Source: Candidatus Poribacteria bacterium (lineage in GTDB: Bacteria > Poribacteria > WGA-4E > JAJDTR01). From it: 64,000 nt of DNA. Both the position numbers and the translations under genes were made by a program. Positions 10,333 to 20,797 of this stretch are shown here, in pieces. The notes under the pieces are model-generated. The model was given only the letters and a program-made list of their open reading frames with translations, did no database searches and was not told the origin of the DNA. Each line of letters begins with the position of its first letter. Positions within the stretch are counted from its first letter, which is position 1. The stretch lies in assembly GCA_965208765.1 (NCBI GenBank), contig OZ242354.1, forward strand, positions 6,015,140 through 6,079,139. Reading direction: 5' to 3'.

Positions 10333-11709
10333 ATGAAGTGTCTTGGGATTGACATCGGTACTACAAGTATCAAAGGGGCGGTATTGGATCTTGACCAATA
10401 CACGGTGGGGAACGTTATTAGGGAAGTTTTTCCGCCGCCTATTTCGGGTTTACCAACAGGATACTTCGAGGTTGAATCATCTCAAGTTCAAACCGCGGTC
10501 GAGAACCTGCTGGTAAAGTTGCTGGAGGCAACTCCTGATGTCTCAAGTATTCACTGGACGGGGCAGATGGGCGGCGTGATCTTGGTCGACGAGGCAGGAA
10601 ACGCACTGACAAACTATATTTCTTGGCGCGACCAACGTACGCTAAAGCCACACCCTTCCGAAGGCGGCAGCTACTATGAGGTGCTTGCACGGCGGCTGAC
10701 GCCAACGCGAATGGAGGAACTCGGCCACGACTGCAAGCCCGGCTCGGCGCTTAGCGTATTGTTTTGGTTAGCGGAACAGGGGAAACTACCCGACTCGTCA
10801 ACACCCTTGGCTCTCGCCGATTATGTTACGATGCGACTCTGTAATGCGAAACCGGTGGCCGAATACACCAGCGCCCTCGGCACGCTTAACGTGCAAACAA
10901 ATCTCTGGCATCAAGAGGCGTTCGACGTGACGGGGGTCGATGGGTTGAATTGGCCTCGGCTGTCCGATCCGTATCGGGCGGTGGGGAAGCTGCCGGCGCA
11001 TAGGAACGGGATTCCATCTTATCCGTCGGTGGGAGACCATCAATGCGCCCTCGTCGGAACGCGATTGCGGAAGGACGAGTTGTCCATCAACGTGTCGACG
11101 GGTTCGCAAATTGGCTTATTGACCGACGATTATCAACCCGGCGATTACCAAGTTCGCCCCTATTTCGACGGTCAGTATCTCAAAGCGCTGACTCATTTAC
11201 CCGCCGGCAGATCGCTAAACGTGCTGATCGACCTCTTGAGTGAGATTCCTCAATCTCAAGGGCTTAAGGTTGAAGATCCTTGGCATTACATCACTGAATC
11301 CGCGGCAGCCGTAGACACAGAGCTAACTGTTGATCTCGCATTCTTTGAGGGACCTATGGGCAGCCACGGCAAAATCGACGATATCACAGTCGACAATCTA
11401 AATGTCGGCACGCTCTTTCGCGCTGCTTTTGAGGACATGGCGGACAACTATGAGGTATGCGCCTCTCGACTTTCACCGGTGGAGGATTGGAATGGTTTGG
11501 TGCTTTCTGGCGGGCTAGTCGGGAATTGCGATATCCTGCGGAAGCTAATCACGGCACGATTCGGCTGTCCGGTTCGCTTATCATCGGCATCGGAAGAGAC
11601 GATGGAGGGGCTGCTGATCTTGGCATTGGTTGCGCATGGACTGTTCGACAATGTGGCGACTGCGAGGGCGGAAGTGGAACATCGGCAAACGGCATCAATC
11701 AAGGGATAA
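10333..11709 (+). CDS. FGGY-family carbohydrate kinase (sedoheptulokinase-like)
   Basis: LGIDIGTTSIK, TGQMGG, ISWRDQR, GDHQ, INVSTGSQ motifs. Confidence 0.88.
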   Translation: MKCLGIDIGTTSIKGAVLDLDQYTVGNVIREVFPPPISGLPTGYFEVESSQVQTAVENLLVKLLEATPDVSSIHWTGQMGGVILVDEAGNALTNYISWRDQRTLKPHPSEGGSYYEVLARRLTPTRMEELGHDCKPGSALSVLFWLAEQGKLPDSSTPLALADYVTMRLCNAKPVAEYTSALGTLNVQTNLWHQEAFDVTGVDGLNWPRLSDPYRAVGKLPAHRNGIPSYPSVGDHQCALVGTRLRKDELSINVSTGSQIGLLTDDYQPGDYQVRPYFDGQYLKALTHLPAGRSLNVLIDLLSEIPQSQGLKVEDPWHYITESAAAVDTELTVDLAFFEGPMGSHGKIDDITVDNLNVGTLFRAAFEDMADNYEVCASRLSPVEDWNGLVLSGGLVGNCDILRKLITARFGCPVRLSSASEETMEGLLILALVAHGLFDNVATARAEVEHRQTASIKG

Positions 11710-11863
11710 AGAAAAGCGGAGTGGGCAATTTGATTTAGCCTATCTGGTTGACCATTGAAAAAGTCGACAGCGGATGTTGATATCGTATAACTTGTGAAAA
11801 TCTGTATCACATTCGTTATCCACTCGTTTTTCAATCGTTTGATCCGCAGTTCGCACCTAAGAA

Positions 11864-11887
11864 ATGGTGGGCGGTGCCCACCCTACA
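11864..11887. repeat. REP palindrome (family B), identical to 46591-46614
   Basis: ATGGTGGGCGGTGCCCACCCTACA. Confidence 0.75.
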
Positions 11888-11919
11888 GTTGTACAAAGTT
11901 AAGCTAAAGGAGACAATGA

Positions 11920-14097
11920 ATGGAACAAGATATGTCTAACGATCAAAACTGGTCCGACGTGTTTTACGCGGAGGAACCTCACCCTACACTGAGTTACCGT
12001 TCGGGTATGGTTGTCTATGAAGAGTCACTCATCAAGGGAGGATTCGTCTCCAGAGCATGGAACGGTTCGGGCTATGTCAATTCTTGGGAGGATGTGAGGC
12101 TTGACCCGGCTCAGCATTCCGCGCCCCAGTCGTTCTGGCTTGAAATAGACGGGCAACTGCTTGCGTCGCATTGGGAATGGGTGGATTTCGAGAAGAATGA
12201 GGAAACTCGGCATGGATCCCACGGCGAGTGTACCTGTCTGCACGCAGTGGTGACGCTCCGGCACACGGTTCGCCCGGTTACGGTGAAAGTTCACATGTTA
12301 CTGGATGCGACGGCGGTTATGACTCGATGGCTCGAGATAACCAATACGGGAGACCAACACGCGGCGCTCTCGGCGGTTTACCCATGGAGCGGTGTGTTGA
12401 AGTTTTCGGGGCAATGGGGAAGTCACGGCGTACCGGTAGCGACAGATATGTCAGATCTCTATTCCATCGGTTACATGGCTAATTCCGCTTGGGGTGACGA
12501 GGGGAATTTCAAATGGCACGCGATTCCGACAGCGGGATATCGTGTGGATGGGCGGTATCGCCGAGACCGGCACCGCCACCCGATGTTTGTGCTGCGGAAC
12601 AACGCCACCGGCGAGCATTTTATATGCCAACTCGCCTGGTCGGGCGGCTTTTCGTTCGAGTTTGACCTTGATGGCCCTGTCGGGGACGTGGGACCTTATA
12701 GCCTCTTCTTCCGAGCTGGCCCCGACGCACCACCGCCTCATCGTGTCATTGGGCCGGGGGAGACGGTCACATCACCCGAGGTGCACTTGGGTATGGTCTT
12801 CGGGGACTTGGACGCCAGTATTCAAGCGATGCACGATCACCTTCGTCGGAGTGTCTTCATGCCGCAGCCTAGAGGGCGCGGCGGCTGGATCGAGTCCGGT
12901 ATCGGTCCCGAACTTGAAATCACGACCGATTACGTATTTCATCAGATTGAGAACGCAGCGGCTTGGGGCAGTGAGGTTTTCTTTATCGACGCAAGTTGGT
13001 ATGCCCCGCCGCATGGAAATTGGGCAACCACCGTTGGCGATTGGCAGGTGGACCGGCAGCGTTTCCCCGACGGAGTCGCACCGTTCCGTGATCGGTGCCA
13101 TGAACACGGTATGCTCTTCGGGCTTTGGATGGATGCGGAGCGCATCGGGGATGAAAGCCAGATTGCACAGGAACATCCGGAGTGGTTGGCAACAGCGTAC
13201 GATGGCGAAAAGAGACTTGGCCGCATGTTGGACTTGACCAATCCCGACGCGGCGAGATGGATGGAGGAGCAGATTTCTCGCGTAATTTCTGAAAACCAGT
13301 TGGAGTTTTTCCGACTGGATTACAACGTCGGGGGAATACGTCAAGGCGGACAAACCGTACGGAACGGTTATGTGGAGAGTCTCTACTGGCGCTACTACGA
13401 GGCGCTCTATAGTATGTACGATCGTTTGCGTGCGCGGTTCCCGGACGTGATATTGGAAAGCTGTGCCGGCGGAGGCGGCCGTACCGATATCGGCATGGTG
13501 CGGCGCTTCAGTCACTCTTGGGTTACGGATTGGCAGATTGCTCCGCGTTCGTTTTCCATTACCAACGGGATGACGATGGCGTTGCCACCGGAGCACGTAG
13601 ACCGTCTCGTAGCTGGTCAGAACGGGCACATTGTCGCAGAACTAGATTTCCAGTGGCGGTTGCTGCTTTTCGTCAGACCTACTCTGGCGTTCTTTCATCC
13701 TCTCGGCGCGAGTTGGAATCCCCATCAACTTGAACGCATTCGGCATTTCATAAACCTTTATAAGCATTTCGTTCGACCATTTATGAACACCGGACGCATT
13801 TATCACCACACGCCGGCATTCGAAGGCACCGAACCTACAGGTTGGGGAGTGTTGGAGCTTGCGTCAAGAGATCGAAGGCGTGCCGTTGCGGGCGTTTTTC
13901 AGTTGTCGGCGCCGCAAGAAAGCGAATACTGTTTGCGTTTTCGCGGCTTGGACGTTTCCAAACGCTATCTCGTGACGTGGGACAATAGCGGTCAGACCTG
14001 CGAAATAGACGGCTTCACTCTCATGAAACAGGGGTTGTCAATTCGGCTTGAAGGAGCGCTAACTTCAGAGTTGCTACGTTGCAATGCAATCGATTGA
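11920..14097 (+). CDS. Alpha-galactosidase, GH36 family
   Basis: FFIDASWY, GDW...RFPDG, FGLWMDAE, FRLDYN, ESCAGGGGR motifs; GH36 C-terminal domain. Confidence 0.88.
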   Translation: MEQDMSNDQNWSDVFYAEEPHPTLSYRSGMVVYEESLIKGGFVSRAWNGSGYVNSWEDVRLDPAQHSAPQSFWLEIDGQLLASHWEWVDFEKNEETRHGSHGECTCLHAVVTLRHTVRPVTVKVHMLLDATAVMTRWLEITNTGDQHAALSAVYPWSGVLKFSGQWGSHGVPVATDMSDLYSIGYMANSAWGDEGNFKWHAIPTAGYRVDGRYRRDRHRHPMFVLRNNATGEHFICQLAWSGGFSFEFDLDGPVGDVGPYSLFFRAGPDAPPPHRVIGPGETVTSPEVHLGMVFGDLDASIQAMHDHLRRSVFMPQPRGRGGWIESGIGPELEITTDYVFHQIENAAAWGSEVFFIDASWYAPPHGNWATTVGDWQVDRQRFPDGVAPFRDRCHEHGMLFGLWMDAERIGDESQIAQEHPEWLATAYDGEKRLGRMLDLTNPDAARWMEEQISRVISENQLEFFRLDYNVGGIRQGGQTVRNGYVESLYWRYYEALYSMYDRLRARFPDVILESCAGGGGRTDIGMVRRFSHSWVTDWQIAPRSFSITNGMTMALPPEHVDRLVAGQNGHIVAELDFQWRLLLFVRPTLAFFHPLGASWNPHQLERIRHFINLYKHFVRPFMNTGRIYHHTPAFEGTEPTGWGVLELASRDRRRAVAGVFQLSAPQESEYCLRFRGLDVSKRYLVTWDNSGQTCEIDGFTLMKQGLSIRLEGALTSELLRCNAID

Positions 14098-14116
14098 ACT
14101 ACTAGGAGAATTCCTC

Positions 14117-16030
14117 ATGCAAGTATTGAAATCTCACGCCAGAATCGTGCTAGTTATTTTCTTCTGTTCCGCAACCGTGCTCGCGATGCTAACCATGTCT
14201 GCCGCCGCGGCGGAACCGAAGCAGGTCCCCGTACCAGAGGATGCGCACAATCCGTCTTGGTTGGAACCCCGTAGGCAGGCCCAGTTGGAAACTGTCGATC
14301 AGTTCAACGTCTTTTACGATTTTCAATTCACCGACCAGATCATGGAAAGCGGCATTCAGTTCATTCACCAGATAGTGGATGACGCTGGAAAGGATTATAA
14401 GCTAGTTCATTATGACCACGGCAATGGAATCGTGATCGCGGATGTCGATCTGGACGAACGGTATGATATCTACTTCGTCAACCAACTGGGAAGCAACGAG
14501 TTGTGGAGAAACCTTGGCGGCGGAAGGTTTGAAAATATAACGGAATCGGCGGGTGTGGCGGTAGCGGATCGTATCAGCGTTACCGCGTCCTTTGCCGATA
14601 TTGACAACGATGGCGATCCGGACCTGTTTGTCACGACTGTCGGCATGGGCAATATCATGTTTGAAAATGACGGCAGCGGTGCGTTTAAGGACATAACAGA
14701 ATTGGCTGGCTTGGGCTATGTCGGACATTCGTCCGGTGCCATTTTCTTCGACTACAACCTCGACGGTATGCTAGACCTCTTTTTGACCAATGTTGGAGTC
14801 TACACCATTCCGCTCAAGGGGCGGGGCGGCTATTGGGTCGGGTTAAGGGATGCCTTCACCGGTCACCTGAAGCCGGATCGCACCGAAAACAGCATTCTTT
14901 ACAAGAATATGGGAGGCAACCGCTTTGTCGATGTCACGGAAGAGACGGGTTTGGTTGACGGAAGTTGGAGCGGAGACGCCTCGCCGATAGATGTCAACGG
15001 CGACAATTTCCCGGACCTGTACGTTCTGAACATGCAGGGGCATGATGAATATTACGAGAACGTAAATGGCGAGTCCTTTGTAAAAAAGAGCCGTGAAATC
15101 TTCCCGAAAACCCCGTGGGGAGCGATGGGGATTAAGGTATTCGACTATAACAACGACGGTTTGCTGGACATCATTATTTCGGACATGCACTCGGATATGT
15201 CCGAGGATATTGGCCCGGAGCGCGAGAAGCTAAAGTCACGGATGCAGTGGCCCGAGTCCTCGCTACGCTCCGGGGGTAACAGCATTTTCGGCAACGCGTT
15301 CTTCAGAAACGAGGGTGATGGCAATTATGTCGAAGTCTCGGACGAGATAGGCACCGAGAACTATTGGCCGTGGGGGCTAAGCGTCGGCGACTTGAATGCG
15401 GACGGATACGACGATGTGTTCCTTGCTTCAAGTATGAACTATCCGTTCCGATACGGCGTGAACTCCCTGCTACTGAATAATCGCGGCGACGAGTTTCTGG
15501 ACAGTGAGTTCATCGTGGGAGTCGAACCTCGCCGAGATGGAAGAACGACGAAGCCTTGGTTTGAACTTGAATGTTCTGGTGCGGATGCCGGACACAAGGA
15601 TTGCAAGGGACAAAGCGGACGGATTACAGTGCTTGGGGCGTTGGGGACCCGATCTTCAATCATCTTCGATCTGGATGATGACGGGGATTTGGACATCGTC
15701 ACAAACGAATTTAACTCCGAGCCGATGGTTCTAACGAGCAATCTCGCCGAGAAGAAAGCGGTTAATTATGTGAACGTGAAACTCATCGGCACAGACTCAA
15801 ACAGAGATGGACTCGGCGCGCAGGTTACCGTTACCGCGGGTTCAAAGTCCTACCTCAAAGTCCACGACGGGCAGTCCGGCTACCTTTCGCAGAGCCTGTA
15901 TCCGCTTTACTTCGGATTAGACGAGGCGGACAAGGTAGACCGGATCGATGTTCTCTGGCCGTCGGGAAAACGCCAGGTTGTTTCAGGGCCCCTTGATGCC
16001 AATGAGTTGATTGAAATACGAGAAGAATGA
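14117..16030 (+). CDS. CRTAC1-family FG-GAP repeat / ASPIC-UnbV protein
   Basis: Repeated D-x-D-N-D-G-x-x-D loops; C-terminal GYLSQSLYPLYFGL...WPSG; signal peptide; AGGAG RBS. Confidence 0.9.
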   Translation: MQVLKSHARIVLVIFFCSATVLAMLTMSAAAAEPKQVPVPEDAHNPSWLEPRRQAQLETVDQFNVFYDFQFTDQIMESGIQFIHQIVDDAGKDYKLVHYDHGNGIVIADVDLDERYDIYFVNQLGSNELWRNLGGGRFENITESAGVAVADRISVTASFADIDNDGDPDLFVTTVGMGNIMFENDGSGAFKDITELAGLGYVGHSSGAIFFDYNLDGMLDLFLTNVGVYTIPLKGRGGYWVGLRDAFTGHLKPDRTENSILYKNMGGNRFVDVTEETGLVDGSWSGDASPIDVNGDNFPDLYVLNMQGHDEYYENVNGESFVKKSREIFPKTPWGAMGIKVFDYNNDGLLDIIISDMHSDMSEDIGPEREKLKSRMQWPESSLRSGGNSIFGNAFFRNEGDGNYVEVSDEIGTENYWPWGLSVGDLNADGYDDVFLASSMNYPFRYGVNSLLLNNRGDEFLDSEFIVGVEPRRDGRTTKPWFELECSGADAGHKDCKGQSGRITVLGALGTRSSIIFDLDDDGDLDIVTNEFNSEPMVLTSNLAEKKAVNYVNVKLIGTDSNRDGLGAQVTVTAGSKSYLKVHDGQSGYLSQSLYPLYFGLDEADKVDRIDVLWPSGKRQVVSGPLDANELIEIREE

Positions 16031-16065
16031 TCGAGCAGGTTCCTAGTAACAATCAAGCGAGCAGG

Positions 16066-16305
16066 TAACGCAAGTTACTACCCATTCCCGTCGGTCAGGC
16101 TTCTAGCCAGACCCTCTTATAGGATGCGTCGCAATCCGGGGCAGTGTAAGTTAAATCGACTGAATCCGCTCGCAGTGGATTGACAAATCCACTGCACACA
16201 TGCGGATACGGCTTGGATATGTCTATCCAAGCCGAGCAGGGCTACAATATAACACTCGTAAAAATCCAAGTACAACTATTAACTAATGTGTAGCAACTTG
16301 GGTTA
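16066..16305. mobile_element. MITE-like element with the same terminal IR family as 7436-7591, carrying internal REP hairpins
   Basis: TAACGCAAGTTACTAC ... GTAGCAACTTGGGTTA; internal GCAGTGGATTGACAAATCCACTGC (16172-16195). Confidence 0.55.
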
Positions 16306-16537
16306 GGTAGGAGAAGCGAAATTCATCGACCGATTGAGCACGTACAGCATCGAGATCGGGAAAGCCGAGGTTTCTATTCCTCTCCGTGCTCGATCATCCG
16401 TTAGCGCCTACCGCATGGCGAGTGATCGGGATCTGCCAGACCGGCCAATTCAGCGGGTCGATGCGCGACGGTCTGAGTCGAAACGGCGAAAATCGATTCA
16501 GAATTGCTAAAATTACGTTGCGGCCGAAAAAAAATCG

Positions 16538-16566
16538 TTGACATGCAAATAGATTTTCATTATAAT
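16538..16566 (+). promoter_or_regulatory. Perfect consensus sigma70 promoter at the head of the LamG array
   Basis: TTGACA-17 nt-TATAAT with an upstream A-tract. Confidence 0.85.
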
Positions 16567-16818
16567 AGCTTGGACTGCCAACTATAGGTTGTCGGGCGCG
16601 GCGGCAAGTTGTTTTTTTGATGCCGCCGTTGAGTGATAATCGTTTAGTATTTGACGGACGGTTTTCTTCTAACGGCTGAAATGCCGTAGGGAGAAGCTAA
16701 AAGCCGGGTATTTGGAACCCGGAACGATATTTGCGGGCAGGCACAATTCCGCAAATCATAAATTGGTGGGACGCGCTTTGCCGCATCCGCACCTCAAATC
16801 AATATGAAGGAGATTAAC

Positions 16819-17649
16819 ATGAAAATGGGTTTTGTTAAATCAAGCCTATTATGCCTAGGCGTGCTCGTGGCATGCTTAGTTTTTACGAACGTCAGTGACG
16901 CGGTCAAGATGGACAACGCGCTTGCAATTTGGACGTTTGACGAAGGTCAAGGCGAGACGGTCGCGGACATGTCCGGCAGCGGCAACGATGCCAAATTCGC
17001 AGCCGGTAACCCCGAATGGGTCGCCGGCAAGTTCGGTGGCGCGTTGCGATTTGCCGGTGCCGACGATGACGGCTGGGTAGCTACAGATGCCCCGGTTGTT
17101 GTGGATACCGTTGATTTCAGCATGGGTTGCTACGTGAATCCCGGCGATGCTCAGAAAACCTGGACGAACATCCTCTCCAGTCACCAAGAACCGCCCCGGC
17201 GCGGCATGTCCTTTGAGCAGATTGAAAATAATGTCAATCTCTTTGGAATCGCCATCGGCGACGGTCCCAACTGGGCCGGGAACGGAAACGTCCAACTCGA
17301 AACCGGCGTTTGGAACCATATGGCTTTTGTCCGTGTCGGCGACAAGGGCTACTGGTACTACAATGGCGCACCAGATGAATTCGTCGGTCCGGGTGGCGAG
17401 GCTCAACTAGCTTCTGGCGACCCCGTGGTCGCCGCTACCGAGCCCTTCCGCATTGGCAACTGGATACTTGGCGGACGCGAATTCAACGGCGCGGTTGACG
17501 ACGCTTTCCTATTTAACAGAGCGCTCAGCGCCGAGGAGATTGCCGATATCGCTTCACGCGGTATTGCTGCCGCGCTTGCAGGCGGAACTTCAGTAGATCC
17601 AAGAGACAAAGCATCGGTTACTTGGGGAGATATTAAAGCCCTGAAGTAA
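16819..17649 (+). CDS. LamG-like jellyroll protein (array copy 1)
   Basis: AAGGAG RBS before ATG 16819 (16804 is an alternative start); signal peptide; ends VDPRDKASVTWGDIKALK. Confidence 0.88.
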   Translation: MKMGFVKSSLLCLGVLVACLVFTNVSDAVKMDNALAIWTFDEGQGETVADMSGSGNDAKFAAGNPEWVAGKFGGALRFAGADDDGWVATDAPVVVDTVDFSMGCYVNPGDAQKTWTNILSSHQEPPRRGMSFEQIENNVNLFGIAIGDGPNWAGNGNVQLETGVWNHMAFVRVGDKGYWYYNGAPDEFVGPGGEAQLASGDPVVAATEPFRIGNWILGGREFNGAVDDAFLFNRALSAEEIADIASRGIAAALAGGTSVDPRDKASVTWGDIKALK

Positions 17650-17823
17650 GCGCCGCGAGAAGTTACTTTCTTGGATAGTCTCACCCGTGAGGGCACATGT
17701 CACATGTGCCCTCATATCTGTTAACGGGCAATTCATGAAATGGGGAATCACAGAGGTCTTTGCCATCTCCTCGTATTCTGATGTTGCCTCGCGTCGATTA
17801 GAGTGTCTACGGCTCAACGCGAC

Positions 17824-17996
17824 ATGAGTTGCGCCTTAGGCGTTTGGTTGCTTGATGAAGGCAAGGGCAGCAATGTTAAGAACATCTCCGGAAGCAGCAA
17901 TTACGGGGATATCAGGCGCTATGCCAAGTGGGTGGGGTTGCAAATAACGACAAAACGGCTTCGACACGGGGAAAGATTAAGGCTTGGGACCGGTAA
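17824..17996 (+). pseudogene. Internally deleted LamG remnant
   Basis: N-terminal piece ALGVWLLDEGKGSNVKNISGSSNYG..KWV joined, in another frame, to the tail DKTASTRGKIKAWDR* (17946-17996). Confidence 0.7.
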
Positions 17997-18177
17997 GCCG
18001 GCGCGCTTCAGAAAACCTGTTATAAGGTTCTTTCGGTCGTTCGTACACGGCTGGGGCGAACTTGGGCCTGACCGCTAAACTCACGAAAGCAGTCGTATCA
18101 TGACGCTACGATCTTTATCCATTCCTGAAGGCACGCGTCGCAGGTGCCATCACATCTCGGCAAGGAGGATTCAGAAT

Positions 18178-18996
18178 ATGACCAAATTTACAAACTACAG
18201 GCTATTCCCCTTCGTTCTCCTCCTAAGTTTCTGCGCTTTTTTGTGGACGAGTTATGCTACGGCGCAGTTGGATCTTGACGGCGCTCTGGCAATTTGGCTG
18301 CTTGACGAAGGAAGAGGGGATGATGTCGAGGATTTCTCAGGCAACGACAACGGCGGGGCATTTGAACAGGGCCAACCCAAATGGGTGGATGGTAAGTTTG
18401 GAAAAGCGCTGGAGTTTGACCAGCAGAGCTGGGTGGCGATGAACAACCCTGTCGTCACCGTGCCAGACATGGTTGATTTCAGCATCGGATGCTGGGCGAA
18501 TCCCGGGGACAGCCAAAAGACGTGGACGAATATACTGTCCAGCCACCAAGAACCGCCGCGCCGAGGTCTGTCGTTTGAAATGTTTGAAGACCAAACCAAC
18601 TTTTTTGGGATTGCATTCGGTGACGGGGAAAATTGGGTGGGCGGAGGATGGGCGCAATTAAAAGCCGGTGTATGGAATCATATGGCATTCGTTCGCACGG
18701 GAAATATGGGAACTTGGTACCTCGACGGAGAAGTATCGATGGAAATCAGATTGCTAACGGATAATCCGGTTTTTCCCGCCACATCAAACTTCCGAATCGG
18801 AAACTTCGTGCTCGGCGGCCGTGAATACAACGGAGCCGTTGACGACGCTTTCCTTTTTGAGAGAGCCTTGAGCGCCGATGAAATCAAGGACATCGTTGAC
18901 AGCGGTATTGCCGCCGCACTTGCCGACACTGGAACAGTTGTAGATCCGAGAGACAGAGCATCCGTAACTTGGGGTCAGATTAAAGTCCGGAAGTAA
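18178..18996 (+). CDS. LamG-like jellyroll protein (copy 2)
   Basis: AAGGAGG RBS; signal peptide; ends VDPRDRASVTWGQIKVRK. Confidence 0.88.
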   Translation: MTKFTNYRLFPFVLLLSFCAFLWTSYATAQLDLDGALAIWLLDEGRGDDVEDFSGNDNGGAFEQGQPKWVDGKFGKALEFDQQSWVAMNNPVVTVPDMVDFSIGCWANPGDSQKTWTNILSSHQEPPRRGLSFEMFEDQTNFFGIAFGDGENWVGGGWAQLKAGVWNHMAFVRTGNMGTWYLDGEVSMEIRLLTDNPVFPATSNFRIGNFVLGGREYNGAVDDAFLFERALSADEIKDIVDSGIAAALADTGTVVDPRDRASVTWGQIKVRK

Positions 18997-19006
18997 CAGA
19001 GGCAGA

Positions 19007-19332
19007 TTACCGTCGGCGAGTGGAACCATTATCGCTTTCGTGCGCAGAGGTATCCGGGGAACGCAGTATCTAAACGGGAAAGAGACGACTGAAGTTAGGG
19101 TGGCTTCGGATAAGCGGTTGTACCTGCCGCATCAAACTTCCGACTCGGCAACTGGGTGCTGGGAGGTAGAGAGTTTAGCGGCATAGTTGACGAATCGTTT
19201 ATTTTTAGCAGGCCGCTAGAAGCAGAGGAAATCGAATCCATCTACACGAGAGGCTTCGAACATGCCCAAGCCGTCAGTTCACAGGGTAAAGCCGCTACAA
19301 CTTGGGGAAAGATAAAATCTTGGCATCAGTAA
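19007..19332 (+). pseudogene. C-terminal LamG gene fragment
   Basis: Degenerate WNH..FVR..YLNG, then SNFRLGNWVLGGREFSGIVDESFIFSRPLEAEEIESIYTRGFEHAQAVSSQGKAATTWGKIKSWHQ*; no start codon or N-terminal half. Confidence 0.8.
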
Positions 19333-19590
19333 CTCCATACGCAATTGGATTTATCTTTACGATTCTCCGGGCTTCACCTGCCTAGCGTGTCCACGCAGGA
19401 ATCATCTAGTAGCGGAAAACGAGGTGTCTATCGGAAAGATTCACACGAAACGTACATTTATTAATTTGGAATCTGGGACGCTGCGGGCTGAACTTACGAC
19501 ATTAATACAGTCGTGTCCTGCTAGTCTTAATCGTGGGCTATAGCGCGTGTCGCGTAATGCCCCAAACCGCAGAAAGGAACCTTACAAAAC

Positions 19591-20397
19591 ATGATGAAAA
19601 CTACAAAGTTCAGACTGTTCCACTTTGTTCTCTTCCTTTGTTGCTGCGCTCTCATGTGGACAACTTTCGCAGCCGCACAGTTAAACCTTGACGGCGCTCT
19701 GGGCATTTGGCTGCTAGACGAGGGAAGCGGTGACAAGGTTGAGGATTTCTCTGACAACGACAACGGCGGAGCGTTTGCACGGGGTAAACCGAAGTGGGTG
19801 GATGGGAAGTTCGGAAAAGCGCTGCAATTCGAGCAGGACAGTTGGGTGGCGATGAACAACCCTGTCGTGACCGTAAAAGACATGGTGGAATTCAGTATGG
19901 GATGCTGGGCGAATCCGGAGAACAGCCAAAAGACTTGGACAAACATCCTCTCCAGCCATCAGGAACCGCCGCGCCGGGGTATTTCGTTTGAGATGATCGA
20001 AAACAATCTCAACCTGTTTGGGATTGCTATTGGCGATGGACCGAACTGGGCCGGAAATGGACGCGTGCAGTTAAAAACCCGCGCATGGAATCATTTGGTG
20101 TTTGTTCGCACGGGAAATAAAGGCAAGTGGTATTTGAACGGTAAAAATCAAGGCAGGTACGATTTGGCTTCGGACAGGGCGGTCGTCCCCGCTACGTCAA
20201 ACTTCCGAATCGGCAACTGGGTGCTCAACAATAGAGAGTTCAACGGCAAGGTTGACGAGTCGTTTGTTTTCAGCAGGGCACTGGAGGACGAGGAAGTCGA
20301 AGCCATCTACAAGAGAGGTTTCGAAAATGCCCAAGCTGTCACTTCGAAAGGCAAATTCACTACGACTTGGGGAAAGATTAAGTCTTGGCATCAATGA
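19591..20397 (+). CDS. LamG-like jellyroll protein (copy 3)
   Basis: Paralog of neighbours; ends KFTTTWGKIKSWHQ. Confidence 0.88.
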   Translation: MMKTTKFRLFHFVLFLCCCALMWTTFAAAQLNLDGALGIWLLDEGSGDKVEDFSDNDNGGAFARGKPKWVDGKFGKALQFEQDSWVAMNNPVVTVKDMVEFSMGCWANPENSQKTWTNILSSHQEPPRRGISFEMIENNLNLFGIAIGDGPNWAGNGRVQLKTRAWNHLVFVRTGNKGKWYLNGKNQGRYDLASDRAVVPATSNFRIGNWVLNNREFNGKVDESFVFSRALEDEEVEAIYKRGFENAQAVTSKGKFTTTWGKIKSWHQ

Positions 20398-20451
20398 CCA
20401 ATCTCGCTGTAGAAATATGGTGTTGCGATTCGCTCTGTCTATCTAGCCTTA

Positions 20452-20590
20452 GAATCCGTTTGAAAAGTCATTTCGAGTTGAATCATGCGTGTCGAAACCG
20501 AGTTTTTTCTTGAAAACTCGGTTTCTTTCTCGCACAATTCTGTAGCGTGGGCAGTACGTACCTTACAATTCGTACTTTTCAAACAAGCTC
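20452..20590. mobile_element. MITE with TTA target duplication and IS5-like ends, carrying a family A REP
   Basis: TTA[GAATCCGTTTGAAAAGT ... ACTTTTCAAACAAGCTC]TTA; internal GAAACCGAGTTTTTTCTTGAAAACTCGGTTTC at 20494-20525. Confidence 0.6.
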
Positions 20591-20797
20591 TTAGCACTGC
20601 CTACCGCCTAAGGATCGCAACAGCCGTATTCGTCGGGTTGGTTACTGAGTAACGTCTTTCGCATTAAGGATTTTAGTGGTTTTTCCTTTTTTCCTCACGT
20701 TCAGAATAGTAGCCTTTGCTGCCTCCACCAACTGAATGCCCGTTTAATCCAGTGGCGACAGTGCCCTCACATTTCCGAAAGGAGCAGGTAGGAACCG

